DNA of 63,747 nucleotides, the filler included, from Ministeria vibrans ATCC 50519 (taxonomy: Eukaryota; Protista; Filasterea), in NCBI GenBank assembly GCA_943704425.1. It is 8 parts of 8 records of this genome, joined end to end, with 100 filler letters (N's around TTAATTAATTAA, not from the genome) between each part and the next. Parts side by side here need not be neighbours in the genome. Positions count along the whole stretch, not along the records: positions 12,770 to 41,772 come from CALSCP010000376.1; 7 more parts are not named here. One strand, 5' to 3'. Numbering within the stretch: the first letter of the stretch is position 1; every line of letters begins with the position of its first letter. Position numbers and translations under genes: made by a program. Of this stretch, positions 16,982 through 40,015 are shown in pieces. The notes under the pieces were generated by a model. The model did not search any database. It was not told the origin of the DNA and saw only the letters and a list, made by a program, of their open reading frames with translations.

Positions 16982-17175
16982 NNNNNNNNNNCAAGTAAAT
17001 AAAGATAAAGAAATAATAAAGAAATGATAAAGAAATATAAAAAAAAAAGGAAAAGACGAAACGAAACGTTTGACGTTACGTACTCAATCACGGTCCATGA
17101 GTCGTCCTGGGTGATCGGAGTAGACTCCGAGTAGTAGTCGTCTGGCCCCGGGTGGCCGTACTCGTCGTCGTACAT
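12861..17175 (-). CDS. RPB2: RNA polymerase II second-largest subunit, 5' half (3' lost at contig end), intein-containing
   Basis: [124 protein letters not shown]. Confidence 0.97.
13425..14582 (-). mobile_element. Intein (386 aa) with degenerate LAGLIDADG homing endonuclease, in RPB2
   Basis: In-frame insertion splitting conserved [16 protein letters not shown]; block [14 protein letters not shown]; block B IATEDHAF (TxxH); blocks F/G VMDLTT...[12 protein letters not shown]; +1 Cys; endonuclease-like blocks [29 protein letters not shown]. Confidence 0.95.
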
Positions 17176-17391
17176 GTGAACGCAATAAAAAAGTGATTCA
17201 GATTGAGTACAGTGAAGATTCACAGACACACTCACACACACACACAACGGGATTGAAATTTGAAGGCGATTCGGATTCAGGTCTTAACTCTTAAGACTGG
17301 TGTGATAGGTGCCGAGCAGACAAAGATTGCTCTGTGATGCTCAATTCATTGAGTAAAATTTCGGTTCGTTCACACTTAGTTTATTTTGCAA

Positions 17392-20946
<3,555 letters not shown>

Positions 20947-21112
20947 CCTTCAGACGCGACACTCGCTGTACATAATAATCCTGGCTCTCTCTACTATTGT
21001 GTGTCATTCAATTCGAATCTATACACGAGTTTTACGAGACTCGCATTTACGAGTAAAATGAAAAGTCAACAGCAACCGTTTCATTCATTTCTCATTTTCG
21101 TTCGCTTTATCG

Positions 21113-23217
<2,105 letters not shown>

Positions 23218-23582
23218 TTGCAACGAGAGAATATGAAAATGTATGTTAAATAATGCTAATCAATCAGTGCCTCATTGATTGATGGAGGTGATCTTGTCTC
23301 GCGACAACCTGCTAACCAAAATAACTAGTAACTACGACTTAGTACTTGGCCCAACCCAATCTATGGCTGGCGAACCATTGATCATGGTCTCGACTTGTGT
23401 GGGTTCCGCTCACTTCATTTGCGATCTGGATCACAACTCGATTACAGCCCGACCAACTAGCGGGCATTTCTACCAACCCCACTTGAATCACCCTTCGTCG
23501 AATACGTCTCTCCCATTGCCATTTTGCTCCTCAATCACATCTGATCTGTAATTCTTTTCACGAACAACTTAACGAAGGTAAA

Positions 23583-25406
<1,824 letters not shown>

Positions 25407-25674
25407 TGTGGAAAAGTAAGAGAAAGAATGAATTATCAATAATTATGTCTTATGAGTTAACTTGACTTAAAAAATTCTATCACTAATCTTGAACTTCTCA
25501 TAACGCTACACCATAGCCCCAACTGATGATTTATTTATTATATTTACTGATCAAACTGACGAGTGTCAAGTGTCGACTGACGACTGACAACAGCAAAAGA
25601 AAAAAACGTATGACATTTACTCTGTTGTTTGTGTGTTTATTGTCCTTTGTACACTAATAGTTGTAAATATTACA

Positions 25675-26133
25675 TCAATCGACGCGAAGAATCTGACCAA
25701 CTTCACCAACACGGTCGACTACTCCCTCGTATTCACACATGACATCGCCCAGAAGGCCTCGCACAACCTCAGGACTGCGCACCGTAATCTTGAAGGCCCA
25801 TCCAGGTCCGTGGAGCGCCTCCTCATCCTCACCCGCACACTCTCCATCCGTCGTGGCCTGCGGTGGGCGCATACGCGTCTTCGCTGACACTTGCGGCCAC
25901 AACACACGCGGTATCAGCGGCAACCCCCGCATCACAGAGACGTAACGGAGCACATGATCAAACCCAATGAGCTTTGGCTCCGGCACTTGTGCTTCACCAC
26001 TCTCCGGCGCACCCTCTGTCTCTGTCTCATTCGCATACACAGGCACGAGTTCAAACTGGAAACTCAACAATCCCGAGTGCTCCTCAAGCCGGTTTTCCCG
26101 CATCTCTTGTGACGTCTCTACATATCACAGTGT

Positions 26134-26165
<32 letters not shown>

Positions 26166-28125
26166 TGTACAGCACACAGTCAGTGACGTGTTTGTTTTGG
26201 TTGCATACTAAACATCTTTGGTATTCCTTCGAACCCTCGTATCCACACTTCATGGATGCGCGACTTCCACCCAAACGATCTGAGCTTGACGGAAGCCATA
26301 AAGACGCGCGTGTGCTCGTGCTCGTCGGGAAGAGTAATGGGCAGTGGAGTAAGGAAGCGCACAACAAAGCGTCCAAAAGGCGTCAGGGAGTTGCGCAGGC
26401 GCACGGATCCTCTGAGGTTGGTGCTAACCTTGTTTCCGAGACGGTGGAAGCGTTTCATGTCAGGCGAGAGCTGCGAGAAAACGCGGACGCCCAGTATCCG
26501 CTCGTAGAGACAGACATTGTGGCGGACAAGGGCCAAGACAGGGGGAACGTAGTGCCAGCCGAGAAGAAGACGATGAAGAAGGTCAAAAAGAGAGCGACGA
26601 AGGGGTGCAGGGACGGCGAGAATGGAGGCGTCGCGGAGGGTGCAGAGGGTCGGGGAGGCAAGCTGGCCGACGGAGGAGACAAGGTGCGTGGCAGAGCGGA
26701 CAAGGCGCGTGCGCAGGACGCGACTCGTCTCGTGCGCGGCGAGGGCGTCGACGAGCGAACCGTCACCCATGAGATGATCGGCACGGATGTGCTCGGCCAG
26801 CGAGAGGGCGTCTTCGATTGCCAGGCATGCGCCGGAGGCCAGGTTGGGAGGAATGGCGTGCATGGCGTCGCCGATAAGTGTCACTACCAGCGGTGGATTG
26901 TCGCGGCCTGGCTCGTGCTGAGAAGCGGCAACGCGCGCACCCTCGAGCTCATGGGGAAAGATGGGTGCGACTGTGTCGATGGGAGTGCACAAAATGGACT
27001 CGGGAGCAGTCGAGTGCACCAGTGATGCAAGGAGACCCGTGGGAAAGCGCGACTGTAGACCAAGGTCGTCGAGAAGAAACGCAGGGACGCGCTGGGCTGC
27101 TGTTGCCTCGTTGAACTGCTCGTGGAGGGCGTCGTGATCGCCCGAGACGGAGGCGAACCAGAAGACGCGCCCGTGCGTCATGGGCACAACGGCAAAGCGC
27201 GAATGCGGCGCAAACGCCTCAAAGGGTTGTAAGGGTTGATTGAGATCGAGGGATGCGGTGGAGGTGATGGCCCGAAAGTATGTGTACGACTCGCGATGGG
27301 GCTTTGCCTTGTCGGGAAGAAGCGTAGCGCGTGTGATAGAGTGAACGCCTGTCGACCAACGACAATACGATGTGTGAGTAAGGTACACACATTTGCAGGT
27401 AGAATTATCACAAAGACGTACCATCGGCACCGACAAGGCCGCGAAACAGGAGAGGCGTGTCGGACTGGTCGATGGAGATCTGAATGGAGGTCAGGTTGGC
27501 TGCCAAGCCAATGTTGTCGATGCGACTGTTGAGCCGTAGAACAATGTCCGCGCCATTCTTGTGGCGAAAGCAAGCTTTTGGCTCGGTAAAATGGTCATAG
27601 AAGGCGTTGATGGCGTCGGGGTGGTCGAGCGACGACACACGCGGAATGTCAACATTGACTGACTGCGCTGCGATCTCGCTGAGAATCTGCGCGTGCAAAT
27701 GCGCCCGTGACAGCGTCCGGCACTCCGTCAGAGGCATCCGCGGGGTCGGTGAGGGTGCCGCCAGAATGCGATCGTCGACGCCGCGGCGGTAGCCTGAGCA
27801 ACAACAGCACACAAAAGAAGACAAACAGTGTTGGAGGAGGATGGCGAGTGTGTGTCTCTCGTCTGCGTACTGGCACACGACATTCGCTCGCCGACAACGT
27901 CAACACCCACTGACCGGAGGCCCAGGATGGCTGGGCCCCACAGCCCCATGCCCGTCCCGACGTCCGCCCTGAAGCGCGGTGCTGGCAAGGAGGCGGATGA
28001 GGCGCGACAGTGTGTGTGAGTGGCGTACCTTGCTCAATCACACACGAACTCACTCCAATCCGTCGCAGTGCAAGTGCCAGCGTTAAGCCAGCAATGCCGC
28101 CTCCAGATATGGCGATAGCACTCAT
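25675..28125 (-). CDS. FAD-dependent monooxygenase with fused C-terminal DUF4166-like domain
   Basis: IAISGGGIAGL (GxGxxG), LVGADG, TLIGDAMHAIPPNLASGACLAIEDA; the frame continues without a stop into LYERILG..FSQLSPDMKRFH; intron 26118-26208 joins the last exon in frame. Confidence 0.8.
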
Positions 28126-28367
28126 GATCAATGAGACGATAATAAGAAGAAAAAAAGCTTAAACGTAAAAAAAAGAAAGTTTAAAGTACAATACAATTGA
28201 TAATTTTGATATCACTTTCTTTCTGACTGTCCACGCTTAATTTACTTTGTAGTGGTTAGTATAATGTTCTTTTGTATTGTAAAATAAACACAGATATCGC
28301 TCACACACACACACACACTTCTCTCTCGCTCACTTGCTCTTCCGATTCGTTCTCTCAACACTCTCGC

Positions 28368-31300
28368 TCAAATCCTCATTGACGCACGTTCGTTGACAGA
28401 CGCACCGTAGATCGGATTATTGAACTCCTTGACGGACGATTGATACAGAGCTGCAAGAGTGGATGAAAAAGGAAAAAAAAAATCAGAAACAAGAACAAAA
28501 CCAAAACAATCAATCAAAGCACTTACGATTGTTTTGAGCCTTCCAGCGACTCTTCTCGCGTTCCGCCTCAAACTTAGACCACTCGCGTTTGTCCGCAGCG
28601 CCCGTAATGAGTTTGTAGAGGAGCACACAGAGAGCAGTAAGACCAATGAAGCCACCAAGAACACCGCCAACAACGGGGCCCGTAGGCACCGCTGAGCCGG
28701 CCGTCGTCGACACACAGTCCTCGGCAGTGGTGTTGACAAAGATGGGACACGCAGCCAACTGATCAACGCTGTTGACCATACATGCGCCCGTAGACGCACA
28801 CCAGTTGCACGCGTCACCACCCGTGTTCGTAAAGTTGGCAACAAACGTCGTGTAGTTGACGCTCATGCAGTCGTCACAGCTGGTGAGCACCTCGCACGGG
28901 TTAGGCGGTTGGTCCGGTACATTGAGGTTGGTCGCGCAGCGCTCGCCCTCGTAACCATCCTCACAAACACACACACCGCAGTTGCCGCACACACCGTGGC
29001 CCGAGCAGAGAAGGGCCTCACCCTGAATGGCGCACGAGTCGGCGGCCGTGTTACAGTCGCACACGTCACCGGTCCAGCCGGCAGCACACACACACGCACC
29101 GCACGAACATGTGCCAAAGGGTGCGTTGCACTGGATGCCGTTGTACTTGCGGCAGCTGTTGACACACTCGCACGCGGCGCCACTGTAACCAAACTGGATG
29201 CCATTCTCCGGGTCGGCCTGGTTGCACGAGCACTGACCGCAATCACACGAGCCACGGTTGTTGCACAGCTTGCCCTGCCAGTATGGACACGACGTGTCCT
29301 CGCCACCGCCATCACCCGAGCACTGACACAGCGTGCCGGTGAATCCTTCGTCGCAGTGGCACTGGCCGCACGACCAGTAGCCGTTGGAGCATCCTGGGTT
29401 CGCCGGCAACGTACACTGTCCATGACAGTCAAACGCCACCGAGACGGTCAGGTCGATAAACTCGTCGATTCCCTCAATGCGCACCGAAACGGGCACATTG
29501 GTGACATTTTCAAAGGTGTCGGCGCCCAAGGTCACGGTGAACACAAGCTGGTCCGCGGCCTGTACGTCGTTGTAGATTGCCTCGGGCAGACCCACAGCGG
29601 GGGCGTCGACAAAGCCGGGTCGGGTGATCTCCTTGACAAATCGCTGGTTGCCATTGGCAAAGGTGTAGAGACGCACTTGCGCCTGAATCTCTTGGTAAGC
29701 CGTCTCGATGAGTGCCAGAATGTTGGACGAGTCAGACGAGAGAAAGCCAAACTTGCCAAAGCCCCACTTTGCGAGGAGCTGCACATACGCATTGTAGGTG
29801 GTCGAGCCCGAACTGGTGGTGATGGCGAGAATAGGCACCATGGAACGCTCCTCCATCATGTTCTTGAGGATGCCGGCGGAAGGATAGTCGCGCGTGCGCG
29901 TGTCCTCGTAATACAGCTTATTGTTGGAGTAGGCACCACCTGGGTAGTAAATGGGGTCGGGCTGGTTAAGCGCCAGGTGGCAACGGCCGTCGTAGGGCTC
30001 GGTGAGGCCAATGATGGGACCCTCACCACCGAGGTCGTAATCGGCGTCCGACGCGAAGAAGAGCAGCTTGCGCGACGTGTTGCGCCAGCCAAGCTCGTCG
30101 GTACACGCAATGGACTGCGCGAGAGCGTCGGTCGCCGCCTCGGAGTGATGGTTGTTGCCGAGCGTCGACTGGAGGTCGAGCTGCGCCGAGTAGTAGTCGG
30201 TGTCGTTGGTGAGCGTGACGACGTGTTGGAACGAGTAGTTGGGCTGGCTGGTGTAGGGGCGTGTTGTAAATGGGTCGAGATGTTTCTCGACAAAGCCGCC
30301 AAAGCCGACGCGCCAGTCGTCTGAAATGGCGCCCATGGTGGTCGGAAACTGCTTGGCAATGTTAACCATGTTAGCGAGATCGTTGGCAAAGGAGGCCGAC
30401 AGGTCCATGACGAGGTAGAGGTCGAGAGGCGGGCGTTCGGACAGTTGCACGGTGATAGTAATGTCGAGATCCTGGCCGGGACGTAACAGCGCATGCAACG
30501 ACTCGGGCGAAATTTGATTGTCGAGGGCGCCCAAGAGGGGCTGTGTCTCCTGTGAGACAATGGCCGACTGGAAGTAGACGAAGGAGCCGCCGCCGTCGGA
30601 GCAGTGAGCCAGGCCATTGACCTCGCTGACACAGGTGGGTCCAATGCCCGGCATGTTTTCGCACCAGCCGCAGTTGGGCAGTGCCAGGTTGGTGTTGCAG
30701 TCGTGGCAGTTGGTGAAGTCGACGCAGAGGTCGCCGGCGAGAGACGGAACGGTGTGGCATGACTGCACAAGGGTCGCACCGCCATCGAGCGTCGAATTGG
30801 ATGCGTACTGGGAGGTGGAGCAAGACGAGACGCACGTCGTGCCGTTGACGCCAATAAAGAGCGGGTCGGCGCACAGGTCACAGATGACCGTAAGAGAATC
30901 GTCGGTGTGGCAGCGGGTGCAGTTTTGCACGTCAATTCCACAGGTAATGGTGCAGTTGTCGCCCGCATAGCCCGTCGCACAACTACAGGTGAAGCCCGGT
31001 CCGTACATGTTGTTGCAGGTGCCGCCGTTGCCACATACGACGCCAATGCAGTCGTCAATATCGTCGCAATCGCCAGTCGTGACGTTTACGGCGAAACCGG
31101 TGGCACAGGTGGCACACAGTTCGCCCACATACTCAATTTCGCAGGCAGAGCACTTTTGGTCACTGTTGTTGGTACAGTCAGTGTTGGCCTGGTCACAGTG
31201 GGAAATGGGGGTGCACGCGGTGCAGTTGAGATCGTCGGCAGCGGCACCCACAGGCTCGTATGAACCCGTGCTGCAGTTGCCGAGCGTCTCGAAGTAGTCG

Positions 31301-32789
31301 TAGTCGGGATTAAAGACCATCCAGGCAATGACTTCCGAGGTGTGTGAACCCGAGCCCGAATTCACCGTGAAATCCTCTTCGACACGCCAACGCACCGTGC
31401 TGGGCGTCAGAGCCGAGCCTTGCATGTCGGAGGAGTCTCCACCGTCGTGCCTGAACAGCTGTGACAGCACGGACGGATTCGAGCTGTAGGGTCCTTGTGC
31501 GAACGTGACCGTGTACCATGAGTGTGTCACCGTGTCCGGTGAAATGGCCGCCTCGCCGCGGTAAAAAGTGCCCGTATCGATGGCAATGTAGCCAACCTCT
31601 TCGGCCGGATGGGACGTCCGGGCATTCTTCTTGACATGCGACAACTCGAGACTCCACTGAATCTGCGTCGCCGACGTCGACGCACCAATACGCGGGTGCA
31701 CGAAGGCAGGCGAGTTGGAACTTTGAATCTGACCAATGATAGAGGGTGTGGCCGAGAAAGGAGTCGGGAAAGGGAACGCGACATAGTTGGCGTTCTGGTT
31801 GTTCAGACTCAGAGTGCTCGTCGACGCAACAACCTACGAGAAGAAAGAGGGTGTAAAAGCAAGGCCGGAGGGGGGGGGGGGNNNNNNNNNNGGGGAGGGG
31901 TGCAGTGACAGAGAGTAGTGGCGGGGTGCGGAGTGGCCGTTGGCGACAGGTCGCAATGGCTCGTTTCGGCACTTCTCGCTGAGAGTGGTGCCAACGTCAC
32001 GATCGAGCCCTCACAAGTTCTTGTGGGCAATTGGGCGTGTGGCGTGCATGCCAGCGGCGCATGCGCACGCGAGTGTCGCTGGAGTGTAGCCGACGCAGGC
32101 AGGCGCGGATTGGCGTTGAGAGAGGACACAGAGTGGGCAAGTCGGTGCAAGTGTGTAGACGTCACGGCGAAAAAAGAGCAGTCGTGGGAGAGTGTGTCGA
32201 GGAGAGGGCTGGACGGGCGCTGAGAGACTCGGACGCACGGGGAACATGGCGTGGTCGATCGATGCGGGCAAGGCGCGAGAGGATGGGGCGTGTGGAAGAG
32301 ACAAGGAGGAGAGGAAGAGGAAAGTGGATTTTGAAAGAGAGCAGGAAGAGTGAGCCTCCAGACGCGTCTGAGGGGCTGGGTCATGTCGAGGGAAGCAGAT
32401 ACGTGGGGTTGGAGTATGGGTGGGGCGGCGATAGGCATTGGAGAGGACAAGAGAGAGAGAGAGAGAGAGATGCTGTTCTTTTATATATATATATATTCGA
32501 ATGTTACCGTCGCTGAGTGCGCTTCGGGGGTGGTGAGACGCACGTAGAAGCCTGAGAGGGAGGCGTTGCTCATGCGGGTGGAGACAGGGATGTTGAAGTT
32601 GTTGGTCGTGACGGGGGGGCGGCAGACGACGATGGGGACGACAGTGAAGTTGTGTTTGAAGGACACCCACACGTTGGTGCCGGCCGCCGAGACGTCGCCG
32701 TACTCGCCGACAATCACATTCGCTTTGGGGACACTGCCGCCGGCAAGCGCTACGCTCACCACGGCGCTGAGCAAAACAAGGCCGATCAT
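28368..32789 (-). CDS. Integrin beta subunit with long N-terminal extension
   Basis: Signal peptide; PSI domain; beta-I domain with PLDLYLVMDLSASFANDL (DxSxS, 30391-30405), VGFGGFVEK, GWRNTSRKLLFFASDA, DYPS, LSSDSSNILALI; I-EGF repeats; TM; tail DKREWSKFEAER..W..NNPLY..FNNPIY (two NPxY, formed across intron 28451-28526). Confidence 0.93.
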
Positions 32790-32990
32790 AATAATAAAAA
32801 TGAAAATAATTATTAATATTGATTATAGAGTAATCATTGAATAAAGAAACGAATAAATTTCAGGTGTGTGCAAAAGCAAAAAGTTAAGCGTCGATTCAGA
32901 GAATGAAGAGAAAGAACAGGAAGTATGTACAAATGTGAAATGACAATATGCAAAGGACAAAGACACAAAGAAAGTGAGCGAGAGGGCAAG

Positions 32991-33681
32991 TCAGGGTGGC
33001 TGGCTTGCAAGTGCGTCTTCGATGGCGCGGACCAGAGTGGACACGGCCGCAAGGGCGCCCATGCCCGTGTCGCCGCACGCCAGGCGCTTGCTGACTGGGT
33101 CCACCAGAACCGAGCCACGTCGTCGAATCGTCGCCACGTGTTCGGCCGTCACGGGAGCCTCCCACATGAGTGTGTTGGCGGCGGGAGCGACAATGAGGCG
33201 CTGAGGGTTGCCCCAAGCGCGAATAGTGCATGTCTACACACAATGAGCACACTTGGCAGTTGAGTAGCGCTACGGGCCCTGGACGGCTTACCACAAGATT
33301 GTCGCTGAGGCCCAACGCAACCTTCGCCATCGTGTTGACACTGGCGATCACGAGCATGGCGTCGGCCCAGCGACGCAGCTGCAGCGCAAAGAGAGACAGA
33401 CAACGCTCATTAGGGGTTGTGTGTGCGGCAAGTTCAGCGTCGATTGGTACCTCAATGTGAAGCACTGCGTCGCCCATTTGCGTCCAAGTGCTGTACTCGT
33501 CGGCGTCCGTGTGGTACGCAAGGGCGCCAGCATCGCGAACGGCTGTCGCGTCGACAAAGTGACGAGCCGATTCGGTCACGGCGACCTTCACCTCATGGCC
33601 CTGCGCCACCAACTCACGCGTCAGTTCTGCCGTTTTTACAGCTGCCACGGTTCCGCTGACGCCCAGTAAAACGCGAGGCAT
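32991..33681 (-). CDS. PPCDC: Phosphopantothenoylcysteine decarboxylase (HAL3/CoaC flavoprotein)
   Basis: VLLGVSGTVAAVK, VLHIE-LRRWAD, NTMAKVALGLSDNLV-TCTIRAW, APAANTLMW, KRLACGDTGMGAL; two short introns. Confidence 0.9.
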
Positions 33682-33852
33682 GAAAAGAGACAAGGCTAAA
33701 GGAGAGAAGGTTAAGTTATTCTTTCAAGAGATCAAAAATAAATTAATCAAAATTTTCATTCACAAACACCTCTACGCTAGGTGTCAAAGTTAGCTCCTGT
33801 GTGTCGGCAGTAACCTGGATTTTTGGAACATCGGAAGGGAACCAGAGCGCAC

Positions 33853-34600
33853 ATGAGTCGAATGAGCCTGAGTTTACCGGAGGGTGCGCGATTCGTTACA
33901 AGTTCATTTTTGATTGTTGTGGTTTGTTGTGGTTTTTACACGCAGAACTCACCAAACACGAGGCGTGGCATGGGGGCACAGACCGACTGAGAGCCGACAA
34001 CCTGTTGCTGAGTGCACCGGCCGGCGGTTGGCTTCTGCGACAGTCGTCAAAGGTAAACAGTCTTCAATCTCCTCAGCCCTTGCGTTGTGCACGCCCCCTT
34101 CGCTTCCACACCGTCTCGTGTTGCATACGCACATGCTGGAGTCGGGGGTGGCGTGGGAGCCCTCCTCTGCTTCCCGCCTGGCGTCTGTGTTCTCACGCAC
34201 TGCCGTTGATTTCTCCCTCGCACACAGCCCGGCCGCTTCTGCGTCTCATACCGCGACCTGTCGCATTCGGGCAGCTCCATTGCCATCCGCCACATTCCCT
34301 ATGAGTTTGTTTGGCCCAAGGGCAACCTGGTGCCCATTGAAGCGACGGAGGAACACTACGACTCGCTCGATGAACTCACTGCGTGGATGGTACTCCCTCA
34401 CCCACATGCGAGCTCCCGCACCATTATACATTACGCGTAGGTGGTTCAAGGGTACAAGTTGGTCCGACAGACAAACAAGCCGGCGGCGAGTCTTCCCGCA
34501 CCCGAGCACGGTCAGTCGCTCAAGCGCTGTGTCCTGCAGTGTACTCATGATGCAAATTTCTGTTCTTCTAGAGAGAGCACGCACTGCCACCACCTTTTAA
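33853..34600 (+). CDS. Small stand-alone SH2 domain protein (~132 aa, 5 exons)
   Basis: Exons 33853-33883, 33946-34052, 34228-34389, 34441-34510, 34572-34600 give AWHGGTDRLRADNLLLSAPAGGWLLRQSSKPGRFCVSY...IRHIPY...YDSLDELTAW. Confidence 0.78.
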
Positions 34601-34929
34601 AAGCTGAGACGTGTTGCTCTGACTTGCTTTTGAGTTTTGACGTGGGCAGGCGTTGAGCAGCTTCATATTGTTTATAGGCGTACATCATCATACATTTTTT
34701 GATCAAAGAGTTTAAGGACCTTCTCAACTGTCTGACATGAATAGCATCCGGTCATTCCGGTGTCTGAATTCTGAAGCGTCATGCGTGTCGCGTGACGACT
34801 TAATCTTCAATTCTGTGTCAGAAAGTTAGAGACTGACGCCACTTTAGAGTGATATTAGTGATTTTGTAATTTGTTTTGATGATTGCTTTCCTGATATTTT
34901 ATTATTTTATTGATCACTAAAACTTTAAC

Positions 34930-35667
34930 ATGAATGACCAAGTTGTTGCACTTGAGGTAAAGACAATACATTGTGTGTACGAATGGAACAGCGCATTGCT
35001 CAATTTGGTGGTTTCAGCGCGAGGTGCTGCGTCTTCAGTCAGAGTGTCGCCAGAAACAGCAAACACTGACCGGCGTGAGCGAACGCGTGCGTGAGCTCGA
35101 GTCTGAAGTCGCCCGGAACATTTCACAGCTTGAAAACTACCCCAGCACAAGTCAACGGCAACAGCAAAAGTCGCGACGTCTCTCAACCAAAGAAAAGTAC
35201 CAAGTCGGAAATTCAAAAAAAAGGACAATTCAAAATTATTTTGTGACCTGATCTCAAACAGGGCGGAGCTCACGAGCGCCATTGATGGCTTGGCTAAGAC
35301 GACAGAAGAACTGAAAAAGGTGCAAGAGGAGTTGGAGTCGTGGGGTGCGGGAGAGACGGAGGAGCACAGAGTGCTGGCGCAGAAGCGGACTGAAGTGGCG
35401 CAGGTCGAAGAGGCGGCGCGACACGCTGCGGCTGCCTCCCTGCCCGCATCGTCCACAAAGCATCAGCGCAGTCTCTTGGATGAGACGATGCGTCTGAAGC
35501 GCGAAGGCGAGAAGGCGCGTCGCCAGCTGGAGCAGCTCGAGGAGGAGCGGGTTGCTGTGTGTGCTCGCATGGCGGCACTACGACAGTCGCAGCGGAGCAC
35601 GTCGTGCAATTACTACTCGGTGGCGGAGCAGTTTGAAAGCAACTACCTGTCCCGAGTGAGGTGGTGA
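34930..35667 (+). CDS. Hypothetical coiled-coil protein (3 exons)
   Basis: GT-AG introns link E/Q/R/K-rich heptad-like frames; no family recognised. Confidence 0.6.
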
Positions 35668-35713
35668 ACAAATCAAAACTAAACAGCAATGTAATAAAAA
35701 GGGGTTTCTTTCT

Positions 35714-39911
<4,198 letters not shown>

Positions 39912-40015
39912 GTGAAAAGCAAAAGAAAAAAAAAAAAAAAGTCTCTGTGATCACTGATTAGGAGAGACTAAAGAATGTATTAATACTAATTATATTTTTT
40001 TCTTTCTTTTCCAAG

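Noticed and set aside
16423-17081. Unusually long GC-rich first introns (RPB2; also hexokinase ~39172-39627) as snoRNA or nested-gene hosts
   Set aside because: No convincing C/D or H/ACA boxes or coding signal seen by eye; an Infernal/Rfam scan would be needed.
23220-23580. Intergenic segment with small hairpins, considered as tRNA or ncRNA
   Set aside because: No cloverleaf or properly spaced A/B boxes could be built.
28909-30324. Long antisense and alternate-frame ORFs over GC-rich genes (e.g. 471 aa opposite the integrin, 352 aa at 25967-27025)
   Set aside because: Shadow ORFs expected from GC-rich codon bias; no motifs recognised.
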